Numbered from the stretch's first letter, positions 12,830 through 26,100 are shown. The stretch is 64,000 nt of DNA from Octopus vulgaris (GCA_951406725.2 OX597832.1:56482001-56546000), one strand, 5' to 3'. Notes: generated by a model not told the origin, from the letters alone. A program made the numbers and translations.

Positions 12830-13599
12830 ATGTCATTGGTATGCTGTCCCAAGCAAAAATCCTAACCATGTTTTATCTAAGCTGATTCTCTTCCTAATCT
12901 GTTGTGCTTTGACTCTTAGTCACCTTCATAAGCTGGGCCATTAGTTTGATGTCACTGTTTTCTTGAATGACTTTGTTCCCTCAGTAGCAGGTGGTAATGA
13001 TACCACTATGCCAGTCAGTGTGCAGTGACTCCCTATACTAACTGATTGGCTCTCTAAGTGACTAGCTCATCCTGCTTCACCAGATATCTTCAGCACCTCA
13101 GTGACTATCAGGCACTCTCCTTGCCGACATATCCTTAGTTGTTCTTTTGACCATATAATGCTCAACTTCAATCACTGGTCCTTTTGTTGGAATTACATGG
13201 AGTTAACCTTTTCTCCTTCTGTCACTCTCGTTATTTAGTAAACCCCTTCTAGTACCATTTTGATATAAATCTGTCTTCTCGGTGTCAGTATTGCTGTTAT
13301 TTCTCTACATGTCTTTTGGTAACAGCATTTTGATTGGCACTGAAACACTGCTTTACAATCAGGAATACTTCATGCTTCTGATCTACTTGTCACTGAATGT
13401 TCTTTTCTACTCTAAGCACATGACCTGAAATTTTAGGAGAGGGGTGGGGGGGCAGTTGATTAGATCAACCCCAGTATGCAACTGGTACTTAATTTATTGA
13501 CCCCCGAAAGGATAAAAGGCAGAGTTGACCTCAGTGGAACTTGATCTCAGAACATGAAGACAGACAAATTTGTCACTGAATATTGGCAAACGTCTTAAC

Positions 13600-14442
13600 G
13601 GTACTTTTGCTTTATCTCACCCCCATCCCGTTTTATGACAAATATCAGTACTTTTGTTTATCTCCCTCAACTAAAAAAATTGTTTACAATAAAACAAAAA
13701 AAAAATGAAATAAATTAATAAACACAAAAGTGAAAAGATTAAATATCGTTTTGAATCTGATAATATTTTTTTATAACAAATCATACAAAACTGAAAAAAA
13801 TCAATAAACATGAAAACTGAAAAAATTAAACATTTTATTGAATCTGATAACATTTTTATAACAAATCGTTCCATTCCTATTGAGGGGGCCAAATGTCACC
13901 AATGTTTTGAAGTATTGGATCAAAAGGATCTAACACTTTTAATCCAATCTCTAGTCGCCACATTAACTTGATTTGGATCTTTTCGGTTTGAATGGCAGTT
14001 TTTCTAGCGGTGTCATGAAATTGTCACCGTTAATTATGACCCTAGTATCGATCTATTGCATTTCAATCTGTTTTAGGGGTGGGGGAATGGTATCTTTTTT
14101 TTCTTCACAAATGTAAATAAACCCAATCTGTTTCTTAAACGAGGGACATTTTCATATGGCACAGAATGTTTTCACCTCAATAGAGGTCATTGATTGGTTG
14201 AAATTGCAGAAATTTAAGAAAAAACAACAACAAATATCTTACAAACTATAGAATTTTCTCAATAAAGCCAAGAGAAAAAGATGTTTTATAAACACATTCT
14301 ACCAGTATACGAAATTTAAAAGTGTTTACTTACGTGGAAATTATTTTAAAAAACTGCTGTCCAAACCAAAAAGATCCCTCGATTTTTTAGTGGGGAGATA
14401 ACCCAATTTTTTTAATGGGGGTAAGATAACCAAAATGTACCT
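13600..14442. mobile_element. Nested MITEs (outer 13600-14442; inner ~13975-14378)
   Basis: Outer TIRs ggtacttttgctttatctcacccc / gggggtaagataaccaaaatgtacc. Inner TIRs ggatcttttcggtttgaatggcagtttt / aaaactgctgtccaaaccaaaaagatcc. Confidence 0.7.
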
Positions 14443-15269
14443 TCTTACTTCCAGCTTCCCTCTTTGCTATGTATACTCCTTCTTACTTCCAGCTCCCTCT
14501 TCAGGCCTTCCCTTTCAACTTTTATGGCTTTACCTTTTGTACTGTTCCCTCATCATGTGACTTTTTATCTAGCTGAAACTGGGTTCTGTCTGCCCAGCTT
14601 GTCCCTGTAGCTCAAACTCTCCTCTATGTTATGATTCAACCTCCTCCTCCTGCCTCCTATCTTTCTCCCTTTCTCCATTCTCCTTCTCCTCTTTCTTCTC
14701 TTTCCCTCTTTCTTACTTCTCTTTTTTTCCTCCTAATAAGCATTGCCTTGTACTTCTTGGAATATATATCTGGTGAAGGTTTTTGTCTTTTTTTTTTTAG
14801 CTTCTATTATTTTCCTTTTACAAATTGTCTTGTGCCTGAGTCAGATACAGTGATGATCCGACTTCAGGGCAAAAGCCAGGCTTTGTTGAGTGGTTCATTC
14901 TTCACTGCAGAAGGACTTAGTACAAAACAATCAGTTGCCTTTCCCATTTCCTGCTGAATATGAAGGCTATTTGTCTTGTTATATTGTGTAGGTGGTTGAC
15001 CAATTTCCTGAAGTTAGCATTGCAAATCAGGTCATTATTCCTAGAATCTTGAGCCATATCTGGTGGATAGGTGATGACATTCAATTTATTTAATTTAAGC
15101 TTGGAATCTCTAAAGACTGGTGTAGCAATCTTTTTAATGGTTTCATAAATTAATACCGCTTATAAGATGGTGAGCTGACAGAATCGTCGGCACAATAGGC
15201 AAAATGTTTAACAGCATTTTGTCTGTCTTTATAGTCTGAGTTCAATTTCTACCGAGGTCAACTTTGGCT

Positions 15270-15618
15270 TTTCGGGGGCGATGAAATCTTTGCCTTTCAT
15301 CCTTTTGGGGTCGATGAAATCTTTGCCTTTCATTCTTTCAGGGTCGATGAAAACTTTGCCTTTCATCCTTTTGGGGTCGATGAAAACTTTGCCTTTCATC
15401 CTTTCGGGGTCGATGAAATCTTTGCCTTTCATTCTTTCGAGGTCGATGAAATCTTTGCCTTTCATCTTTTCGGGGTTGATGAAATCTTTGCCTTTCATCC
15501 TTTCGGGGTCAATGAAATCTTTGCCTTTCATCCTTTCGGGGTCAATGAAATCTTTGCCTTTCATCCTTTCGGGGTCAATGAAATCTTTGCCTTTCATCCT
15601 TTTGGGGTCAATGAAATA
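15270..15618. repeat. 33-bp tandem minisatellite (~10 copies) inside a family B SINE
   Basis: Unit gtcgatgaaatctttgcctttcatcctttcggg. It produces the repetitive MKGKDFIDPER ORF. Confidence 0.92.
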
Positions 15619-17049
15619 ACCAGCAGTTAAACACTAGGGTAAATGTAATTGACTGACCCCTTTTCTGAAATTTCAAGCCTTGTGCCTAAAGTGAAGAGGA
15701 TAATTAATACACCTTATCAATTCTTATCTGTAATTTATTATTAAAAAAGGAAAAATAAAAAAGGGGTAAAAAGTATCACTAATGCTGTGAATATATTTTG
15801 GATTAAATCCTTATGAGATGATTTGATAATATCGGTTAAGATTATTCTCTTTCGTTACTGTATTTATTTTGAGATGCTCTGTGTTTCTCTCAATTATTTT
15901 AGATATAACAAAGAATTTTGTAAAATAACTTAGTTATCATTAAGCTAGTGTTAGGAACATAAATTGTGACTAAGGTTTGGGGGCAGATCTTAATACAAAA
16001 CTTATGAAAACAAGGCATTTGTATTACAGAGCCAGAGGCAGTTTGAGCTGGGTTGGTAACGGAAGGGTTAATTTAATACAACAACAAAAGGAGGGAAAAA
16101 GCATTATATGAATTATAATTATATTGTAATTATTTTACTTCATTTCACCTTGGTGTTATATTTGTTTCGATTGATCTGAAATTGTGTGTTGCTAATTAAA
16201 CAATTATATCAGGGGAAAGCCCGTGACCAGGTCATAGATTTATGTTTTTCAACATTTTGTAGTATATATATTACTAAATAATGAGTGTATGTATGTGTTT
16301 TGTCTGTATTTGTGTGTGTGTATACATATGATGCAATTGGTTTAACAAGATTCATTTTGATTTTCTTTTTCCCATGATGCATAAAATAATGCAGGGTGTT
16401 ATTGTGCTAGAGTTTGTTTTTGCCGGAGCAAAAGTGGCCCAGTTGACAAAGTAGTGAAACACGTCCATATTGGTCACAAGTTCAAATCCAGTGTTGATGT
16501 TAGGAAGGGCATCCATTGATAGTAACCATGCCGTTGCTGACACAGAAGACAGGATCCTATTGAACCATCCGATCCATCCTAGTATGCGAATGGTGATATG
16601 AATTGATGATGAGTCCATGAGTGGTGACTGAGACCTTTGATGATATGCTGTGCTTGAGAAGACTTGTCAAGTCAAGTGAAATCATAGTCATGGTCATTCG
16701 CAGTGTCATGTGAATGGCACCCATAAAATCATTATCATGGCCATTGCTTGTTGCATGGGCTTCAAATGTCAGTCCTCGTGGAGGCAATGTCAAGTGACTG
16801 AGACCTTTGGCAATATGGTCAACTTTGCCTTTCATTCTTTTGGAGTTGATAAATTAAGTACCAGTTGCATACTGGGGTCGATCTAATCAACTGGCTCCCT
16901 CCCCCAAAATTTCGAGCCAAGTGAAATCGTAGTTGTAGCCATTGCCAGTGTCATGTGAATGACACCCATTACACTCTCAGAGTAGTTGGCATTAGGAAGG
17001 GGCATCCAGCTGTAGAAACCATGCCAAATCAGACTGGAACCTGGTGCAG

Positions 17050-17275
17050 CTCTCTGGATCAGTGTCCTCCAGTCGGTTCTATCCTGGGCCGCTTCTTTCA
17101 GATTGGCTATGTCCATTCCGGTATCACTCTTGATGGTGTCAAGCCAGCGGGTTCTTGGTCGGCCTCTTCCTCTCTTGCCACTGACCATTCCAAGCATGAT
17201 GTCCTTCTCCAGGGATTTTCTCCGCATAATATGACCAAAATATGCCAATCTATGCTTGGTGATCCTAGCTTCTAC
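17050..17275 (-). mobile_element. RTE/BovB-like LINE 3' ORF fragment
   Basis: Encodes LAYFGHIMRRKSLEKDIMLGMVSGKRGRGRPRTRWLDTIKSDTG...AAQDRTDWRTLIQR. Confidence 0.85.
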
Positions 17276-18230
17276 CTGTTGAGAATAAACATTAAATCAT
17301 CCGTGATGGTTACCTAGGATAGATTAAAATAAAATCAAAGTAAATATTTACTCCCTCATTCTCTTCTTGCAATGGAAATAACGCCGACCGAGCCAGTGAG
17401 GAAGCCAATACATGGTCGCTTGATCTACTAGAAATAGCAGCGAAGTCTCTCAAATTACAATTCTCCCATCTTCTAAAGAGAAAGTCACATTGGACTGTGG
17501 CCATACTGGGGCATCACCTTGAAGGGGTTAGGCAAACAAATTAACCACAGTACCTTTTTTTTTTTAAACCTGGTACTTATTCTATCAGTTTCTTATGCTG
17601 AACTGCTAAGTTATGAGGATGTAAACAAACCAACACCAGTTGTGAAACTGGTTGAGATACAAACACAGACATACATATATATATTATATGCTGTGGGCTT
17701 CTTTCAGTTTCCATCTTGCAAATCTACTCACATACTTTTGATTGGCCTGAGCCTATAATAGATGACGCTTATCGTAGGTGCCATGCAGTGGGACTGAACC
17801 TGGAACTGTGTGGTCAAGAAACAAACTTCTTACCACACAGCCATGCCTACCTTGGAAAAAAATGAAGTTGGGTTGGTCATGGCTGGAATGCCTTTGATCA
17901 TAGGCCTGCACAATCAGGACTAAATAACAGCACTGGCTTTTCATATAGTCTTTCAAACTTGAAAGACATTTCTTCAAAAATAAAAAATAAAAGATAAAGA
18001 ACAGAAAAAAACTTAACCATCTTTCCTTTCAAACATTGGCTTGGTGCCGAGTCGGAAGAAATCAATATATTTGACTGCACATTCACTCTAGAAGATCAAT
18101 AATCTTGATGTATTGGTAACATTTAAACCACAAAATGTCGCTGTTCAGTGATTATCGGAAATCTTATTCCACCATTATTACAGGTGTCTTACTTTTTTAT
18201 TGTTAGTGTTAGTGAGATATTGCTTAGCAG

Positions 18231-18242
18231 TGTGTGTATACA

Positions 18243-18296
<54 letters not shown>

Positions 18297-19014
18297 TGTA
18301 TGTGTGTGTGCATATATGTATATATGTGTATATGTATGTGTGTGTGCATATATGTATATATGTGTATATGTATGTGTGTGTGCATATGTGTATATGTATG
18401 TGTGCATATATGTATATATGTGTATATGTATGTGTGTGTGCATATATGTATATATGTGTATATGTATGTGTGTGTGCATATATGTATATATGTGTATATG
18501 TATGTGTGTGTGCATATATGTATATATGTGTATATGTATGTGTGTGTGCATATATGTATATATGTGTATATGTATGTGTGTGTGCATATATGTATATATG
18601 TGTATATATATGTGTGTGTGCATATATGTATATATGTGTATATATATGTGTGTGTGCATATATGTATATATGTGTATATATATGTGTGTGTGCATATATG
18701 TATATATGTGTATATATATGTGTGTGTGTGCATATATGTATATATGTGTATATATATGTGTGTGTGTGCATATATGTATATATGTGTATATATATGTGTG
18801 TGTGCATATATGTATATATGTGTATATATATATGTGTGTGTGTATATATGTATGCATATATATATGTGTGTGTGTGTGTATATATGTATATATGTATGCA
18901 TATATGTATATATATATGTGTGTGTGTATATATGTGTAGGTATATATATATGTATGTGTTGGTGTATATATGTGTATATAGGTGTGTATGTATGTATATA
19001 TATGTGTGTGTATA
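18231..19014. repeat. Compound (TA/TG) microsatellite with a higher-order ~30-bp unit
   Basis: Repeated gtgcatatatgtatatatgtgtatatgtatgtgt units. Confidence 0.95.
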
Positions 19015-19692
19015 TCAAATATGATATAATGATACACTCTACACTTTATTTTCTTCTTTTATTGAGAGAATAAATTAGATAATGATAGTTATTAATCGGA
19101 ATTTTTTCAGTTAATATTGCAGACATTTACTTACAAATTGCATTAAAAAATATACTATAAATTCTTGCAGACATTTAGCGATAAATTTGGTTTGAAATAA
19201 CACTATAGACTCAAATATTGATATTTGATATTGGCCCAAAGCCCACAAATTATGAACTTGCTGAATCTTTAGCACACCAGGCACGTCTAGTGGTATTTCA
19301 TCTGACTTAATATTCTGTGTTGAGATTCTGCTGTAGACAACTTTTGCCTTTTATGCTTTTGGAATCGATAAACTAAGTACCATTTGAGTACTGTGGGTTG
19401 ATGTAACTGAAACTGTAGGCCTTGTGCTAAAATTTGAAACTAATAAATAAATAAATATATATATATATAAAGATTATAAAAAAACTACCTTTTATCAATT
19501 CAAAATGAATAATTAAATTACACCATCTACAAAATTATATATAATAGAAATATTAAAACTAAAATAACAGTAATATACTGATGATTAAGTAAATTAAGTA
19601 AAGATATTATATTTTGTGAAATTTGAATTAGTATTTCTAAATTGAATTTTTCCCTGTAAGTTAGGAATAATATTCCCTCAAATAATTATTAT

Positions 19693-19744
<52 letters not shown>

Positions 19745-20314
19745 CTTGCTTCCTTATCTCATAGTGACACCTTGGGCAAGTGTCTTCTACTATAGCCACA
19801 GCCTTGTGAGTGGATTTGGTAGATGGAAACTGAAAAGAATCATGTTGTGTGATGATATATATATATATATGATGATGATATATAATTATATATATATATA
19901 TATGATGATATATATATATATAAAACATATATATACATATGTTTTTGTGTCTGAAATCCGTCATGTATGTATATATATGTGTGTGTGTCTGTGTTTGTTC
20001 CCCCTACCATCACTTTACAACCGATGCTGGTGTTGTTTATGTCCTCGTAACTTAGCAGTTCAGCAAAAAAGCCCAATAGAAATAAGTACTATGCTTACAA
20101 AGAATAAGTTCTGGGCTCAATTTGTTCAACTAAATGCAGTGCTGCAGCATGGCCTCAGTCAAATGACTGCAGCAAATAAAAGAATAGTGTATGTGAATTT
20201 TTATATTTTAATTTATGGTAGTATTCTGTCTTTGGTGGGTATTTCTCTGAATGTACCATTTCTATTATTGTGCCATTTGATTTTCACTTGATTTTTCTTT
20301 TTTCTTTTTTCCAG

Positions 20315-20496
20315 AATATAATGCATCTAAATACGATTTAGATTATGAAAACTGTAATGCTATTAGTGGTGAAAGGGAGACAAACAAAGACAAACCCTGT
20401 CTGTTTGATCCTCACTCCTTGAATGCCCCTTGCTTAGCTGAGCCAGATTATGGTTACAGGTCAGGCGCCCCTTGTGTTCTTCTTAAACTGAACAAG
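20315..20496 (+). CDS. ATP1B: Na+/K+-ATPase beta subunit exon (first two disulfide loops)
   Basis: ttttccag acceptor and AAG|gtaag donor. Encodes QYNASKYDLDYENCNAISGERETNKDKPCLFDPHSLNAPCLAEPDYGYRSGAPCVLLKLNK, with 4 conserved Cys and the YGYxxGxPCxxxKLNK motif. Confidence 0.97.
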
Positions 20497-20557
20497 GTAA
20501 GAAATATCGAATTTTCAATTGTCTTCTATTATATATACACACACACACGTATATATT

Positions 20558-20996
20558 CCAAGAGAGTTGAGGTTGTGAATCCAACCAACTAAGGGATAAT
20601 ATCTATCCAATATACTGTTGGTAGAATACCCAATTATTAACACACCAGTGTTTTTTCATTGCATGGCAATTACACTACTGAATGTAATAAATGGTCAAGG
20701 GTAAAAAGTTGTTTTACCCTTAATTTATACAGCAATAAGAAAATGGAGGGATCAAGAGTTGGTATTCATCAACTTTTAGACGTTATATTAGGTCTATTTA
20801 TTTATTTTTTCTATATTCTACTTTCTATGCTCTACGTTAAATATTTTAATAATTACTGGTATTTTTATATATTATATATGTAAAGCATAATATGTTATAC
20901 ATTTATGTATATTGTTATAATTGTTTTTTTAAAAAAAAATAAATAGACATAATATAATGTCTAAAAGTTGATGAATACCACCACTTGATCTCCTCC

Positions 20997-21027
<31 letters not shown>

Positions 21028-21546
21028 CAAAATAAGAAAATGGAGAAATACATCCAAATCAAATATCAATTACCAGGTAATACCCAATCACATACTTTAT
21101 TAAACCACTACATAAGAAACTTTAAGGTCAAACAATAATATAGAACAAAACAGCTGTAAGATGTAGTTTATATTTATATTCTCTTATACGTATTGTACTT
21201 ATTGTATCATATTACTCCTTTATGTACACTCCTTTATGTCAAAAGTTTTGTCATATATTATTATGTTTGATCTTAAAGTTTCTTATGTAGTGGTTTAATA
21301 AAGTATGTGATTGGGTATTATCTGGTAGTTGATATTTGATTTGGATGTATTTCTCCATTTTCTTATTTTGTATTATGAATTTGTGGTAAAACATTTTACC
21401 TTTGCCCATATAATACAGTAAATGAATTAATTGCATCACAATTCTTAACATTTATGTATTAACTTTGTTGGGTACTTCACTAGCAGTATATTGGATATAT
21501 GTTATCCCATGGAGGGTTGCATTTACAACCCCTATCTCAATTTGTA
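20558..21546. mobile_element. Two opposed copies of a (TA)n-associated fold-back element (family F)
   Basis: Copy 1 (~20558-21000) has arms 20740-20800/20941-21000. Copy 2 (21026-21546) has arms 21026-21140/21255-21372. Both are homologous to 60893-61379. Confidence 0.75.
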
Positions 21547-22209
21547 TATATATATATATATATGACGAGCTTCTTTCAGTTTCCGTCTACCAAATCCACT
21601 CACAAGGCTTTGGTCAGCTCGAAGCTATAGTAGAAGACACTTACCCATGGTGTTATACAGTGGGACTGAACCCAGAACCATGTGGTTGATAAGCAAGCTA
21701 CTTACCATACAGCCACTCTTGTGCCTATCAACAAATATTTTGAAATATGTCATCACTATTGACGCGATTAACAGTTTAAACATTTCTAAATGCTTCTTTT
21801 TGGAACATTGGATCCTGAAGCAGATAAGCTATAAATGCTAACTTCTGAATATTGGATAGAAAATGTTGAAGGCTTCAACTTTTTCTCCCCAAAGGGCTTT
21901 TTGACACACTATTTCCATATTTTTATTCTATAAGATCTATGTTAGATCTTATTTGCTTCAAGATCTAACATTCCTAAACAAAATTATTTCATATTTCTCT
22001 CTTTTTCTCTTTTACTTGTTCCCATTATTTGGACTGTGGCCATGCTGCAGCACCGGAACTTTATAAATTCTTACATCATTTTCTAGATGTATTTTTGTAT
22101 ATTTTGTAATGATTACTTCCCATTGTGTTTCTGGGTTTTTTTTCTTCTTCTTTTTTTACTTTATGTTATTAAAAATAAATAAAATTGAATTCCATTCTTT
22201 TAATCGCAG

Positions 22210-22311
22210 ATCTACGACTGGATTCCAGAGCCATTTGGCAATGACTCAGTGCCAGAAGATGCTCGTGACAACTGGGATAGTTCTTACATTACTGTAACTT
22301 GTCGCGGTGAA
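22210..22311 (+). CDS. ATP1B: Na+/K+-ATPase beta subunit exon
   Basis: tcgcag acceptor and GAA|gttagt donor. Encodes IYDWIPEPFGNDSVPEDARDNWDSSYITVTCRGE, with the IYxWxP and VxCxGE motifs. 102 nt, phase 0/0. Confidence 0.96.
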
Positions 22312-22967
22312 GTTAGTGTCATATTTTAAATCCATTTTCTTCGTTGCTAATTCCTTCTTATTTTATTGGGTTTATTAAGACTTGATTTAAAGCAATGATT
22401 GGATCCCTCTGATTCCTACTCCACTCTACTGGACCCCTATAGCCATTCAATTGTATAAAAAGAAATCCTGCTGTATTTTTATTACTAAGTATTATTAGGA
22501 ATTACTTGCAAAAAAACTAAATTATTTCGTGTATTACAAAAGCATAAGAGATTTATTGCACATTAATTTTAACAACAAAATCTTATATGCACCCCCAAAG
22601 GGTCATATAAGACCCCAGTTGAGGACCATTGGTTTAAAAAATCATTTACCCTGGCCCAATTCGTCTATCATTTTTATGTTCAAATTGGCCAGATCCATCT
22701 TTTCACACTTACCCTATAATGTCACTCTTAAAATAAAACAATCACATCATCAGAATCTTGGAGCTACAAGGTGATGCATGATTAATTTTTAAAGATGTGA
22801 ATAAATAAACATTACATTCGACAGTTGTTTGCCGAAACAAGATAAAACAAAAGATTGTAAAATATTGTATTAATTAACGAGTAAAGAATTTTAGTGCAAG
22901 ACTGCTGATTGGCATCTTGATTGGTCAAAGGTGGCTGGAATTGCAAATAGGCAAGTTTATTCTTCTT

Positions 22968-23306
22968 CTTCTTGTTTTGAGACAGCATTCACCTGGGGCG
23001 GGTTGAGCTGGCTTCATTCATCCTCAATGCTGCATCTCTCACAAACGCCAACCAGGCCTGGCATTTTGAGGCTAACGACCGCATAATCTCCAACCACTCC
23101 TTATTCCAGCGGTGAACACCGTAAACATGGGAGCCTAGGTTGGGTTCCAGATCAGCCTTGTCTGTCATCAGCCAGGTTTTTCGTTGTCCACCACATTGTT
23201 TACACCAACCCTGAAGGGGAGCTGGGGCAATTGCTTTGTAGATGAATTCTCCTGGTTGACGACGGAGGGCATGACCCAGCCAACGCAGATGTCTCGTTAA
23301 GATGAC
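22968..23306 (-). mobile_element. RTE LINE 3' fragment with (AAG)n tail
   Basis: Encodes LRWLGHALRRQPGE...GGQRKTWL...; ttcttcttcttctt tail at about 22960-22973. Confidence 0.8.
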
Positions 23307-23830
23307 ATATACATACATATATATATATACATATATACGACGGGTTTTTTTAGTTTCTGTCTACCAAATCTGCTCACAAGGTTTTGGTCAGCCTGAGGCT
23401 ATAGTAGAAGACACTTGTCCAAGATGCCATGCAGTGGGACTGAACCCAGAACCATGTGGTTGGTAAGCAAGCTACTTACCACACAGCCACTCCTGCGCCT
23501 GTAATAATAATTTATTCATTTGATTTAAGCAATGGTTCTCAGCCATTTTCCCTTTTTTTTTTTTTTTTGTACCTATGGACCCTTTTATTACTCTTTTATT
23601 AATTTGATTACCATTTTATCCAGTGGGTCTCCATAGTCATTGAATGCTTCAAAATTGGTTTTATAGATACACCTTTCAAAATTCCTATTTTGTTTTTCGC
23701 ATGTTCCCTTGTGATAGGTTACCAATGTCACTTACTGAAGAAAGATGTTTCCATGACTGGAAACACGTTGAACCAATGTTAAGCATTAGAGAAAGAAACA
23801 CAGTTGTTTCTTGAATTAAATACATCTAAA

Positions 23831-24277
23831 TAGGGCTGTGGAGTCGGAGTCGAAGACAGTTAAGGGGTAGCTGGAATCAGAATCGGTAAAACTACACCAA
23901 TTCCAACTCTGACTCTCAATATCTTTATTCCCTCTCTCTCTCTTTCGGAGAGGCACAAGCACCTACACGCACATATACACACACAGCAGTAACTTCCACC
24001 TACCGAATTCAATCACGAAGCTCCGGTCAGCTCGGGGCTATAGTGAAAGACACCTACCCAAAGTGCCACGCAGTGGGACTGAACCCGAAACCATATAGCT
24101 AGGAAGCAAGCTCCCTAACCACACAAACATAAATACCTACTCAAAGTACAAGCGTATGCATATGCTTTATGAGGTATGTAGACCACAATCACTTAAGTAC
24201 ATAAAAAGGAGTCGGTGTCAGAGGTGCCAATAGTAGAGGAGTCGCAGTCAGTTTTTTGTTTTGACTCCACAGCCCTG
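23831..24277. mobile_element. hAT-type MITE carrying an internal SINE
   Basis: TIRs tagggctgtggagtc / gactccacagccctg. 8-bp TSD catctaaa/catctaag. Confidence 0.8.
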
Positions 24278-24684
24278 CATCTAAGGCAAACATTTTTCAT
24301 GGACCCTTAAGATATTACAGCGGATTTCCAATTTACCATTTCACTTGCATGGATCCCACAAATCTTACATGGACTCTAGTTGAGAACCACTACATTAAAA
24401 AGTTTATTGAAAAACTCTAATAATTGACAGTATCTCTGAGCTTTTTCAGAACAATCAGACCCCAACTATATCAACCTTTTAGCATTCAGGTTATTCTGTC
24501 AAACATGCTGCTTATTTGGAATAAAGATTGTTTGCTAACATAACATGGCAGTCCTGGTTTAGGACAAATGTTGCTGTAATTTAGCCCCAGGAGACATCGT
24601 CTCCAGCTGGCTATACAACATGATCTGTGTCCTTATATTTTCAATCAAGGGAATCTAGCACCCCAACTCAGCTCAAAACAATAT

Positions 24685-24727
24685 CTGTGTATCGCGATTT
24701 CCAGGTTATTTTCCTTCATCAGCACAG
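24685..24727 (-). ncRNA. Minimal type-I hammerhead ribozyme motif
   Basis: Minus strand reads CTGTG-CTGATGA-AGG(aaaataa)CCTG-GAA-ATCGCGAT-A-CACAG. Helix I is a perfect 5 bp and helix III is palindromic. Confidence 0.75.
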
Positions 24728-24858
24728 AATAATTGTTTGTCTATGATGGTGACTAGAAAATGTGAATAGAAGATGAAGAAACTGCGTGGAATGCTAATGA
24801 GGATGGGAATTTCACTGAAACTGAAGGATTTGGTGCATGCTATTTGTGTGGGCTTGGT

Positions 24859-25510
24859 GCTGGTGCCATATAAAAAGCATCCAGTCCACTCTGTAGAGTG
24901 GTTAGTGTTAGGAAGGGCACCTGACCATAAAAACTCTACCAGAACAGATCTTGCTGGTGCCATGTAAAAAGCATCCAGTCCACTCTATAGAGTGGTTAGT
25001 GTTAGGAAGAGCACCTGACCATAAAAACTCTACCAGAACAGATCTTGCTGGTGCCATGTAAAAAGCATCCAGTTCACTTTGTAGAGTGGTTAGTGTTAGG
25101 AAGAGCACCTGACCATAAAAACTCTACCAGAACAGATCTTGCTGGTGCCATGTAAAAAGCATCCAGTCCACTCTAGAGTGGTTAGTGTTAGGAAGAGCAC
25201 CTGACCATAAAAACTCTACCAGAACAGATCTTGCTGGTGCCATGTAAAAAGCATCCAGTCCACTCTGTAGAGTGGTTAGTGTTAGGAAGAGCACCTGACC
25301 ATAAAAACTCTACCAGAACAGATCTTGCTGGTGCCATGTAAAAAGCACCCAGTCCACTCTGTAAAGTGGTTGGCATTAGGAAGGTCACCAAGCCATAAAA
25401 ACCATAACAGAACAGACCTTGGCAGTGTTGGTGCTGTGTAAAAAGCACCCAATTCACTCTGTAAAGTGGTTGGTGTTAGGAAGGGCATCCAGTCATAAAA
25501 TCCACACCGA
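24859..25510. repeat. 94-bp tandem repeat (~7 copies) derived from an RTE/SINE 3' tail
   Basis: Unit gctggtgccatgtaaaaagcatccagtccactctgtagagtggttagtgttaggaag...gaacagatctt starts at 24859, 24953, 25047, 25141, 25233 and 25328. Confidence 0.92.
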
Positions 25511-25639
25511 AACAGACAACAAAGCATGGTGCAGTCTGGTGGCAGTGGGGTGCAGGCATGTTCTTTCACTTGTGTAATGCCATGTAGTCTTTATTTACCC
25601 CTCCCTTGCCTCACAACCTTACTCATTATTTGTCTGGTT

Positions 25640-26050
25640 TTTATCTATGTCTGTCTATCCATCTATCTTTCTATCTAACTATCTATCTATTAATCCCTCT
25701 CACTCTGTTTGTATGTATCTATCTATCTATATACCTACCTATATCTCTCTTTATCTCTCTCTCTCTTGCTATCTATCTATCTACCTGTCTGCCTATCTAT
25801 GTATGTATGTATCTATCGACCTATCTATCTATCTATCTACCTATCTGTCTATCTATCTATCTACCTATCTATCTACTACCTATCTACCTACCTATCTACC
25901 TACCTATCTACCTGTCTATCTACCTGTCTATCTACCTGTCTATCTACCTGTCTATCTACCTGTCTATCTACCTGTCTATCTACCAGTCTATCTACCAGTC
26001 TATCTGTCTGTCTGTCTGTCAGTCTATTATCTATCTATCTATCTATATAT
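25640..26050. repeat. (CTAT/CTAC/CTGT)n microsatellite upstream of the last exon
   Basis: Direct inspection. Confidence 0.9.
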
Positions 26051-26100
26051 AAAATTCTTTTATTTTATCTCATTCTTGTTTCATTTTCTTTTCTTTACAG

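Noticed and set aside
15229-15619. Repeat protein MKGKDFIDPER or CRISPR-like array
   Set aside because: Head-to-tail 33-bp units derived from a SINE, with no unique spacers and no cas genes, in a eukaryotic intron.
18148-19073. Long ORFs of 200-280 aa in all six frames (also 25606-26212, 53382-54992, 56316-57147 and 58455-58811)
   Set aside because: These are translations of stop-free microsatellites, not proteins.
24859-25510. CRISPR-like array
   Set aside because: Whole units are repeated with no variable spacers, and the unit matches a retroelement tail.
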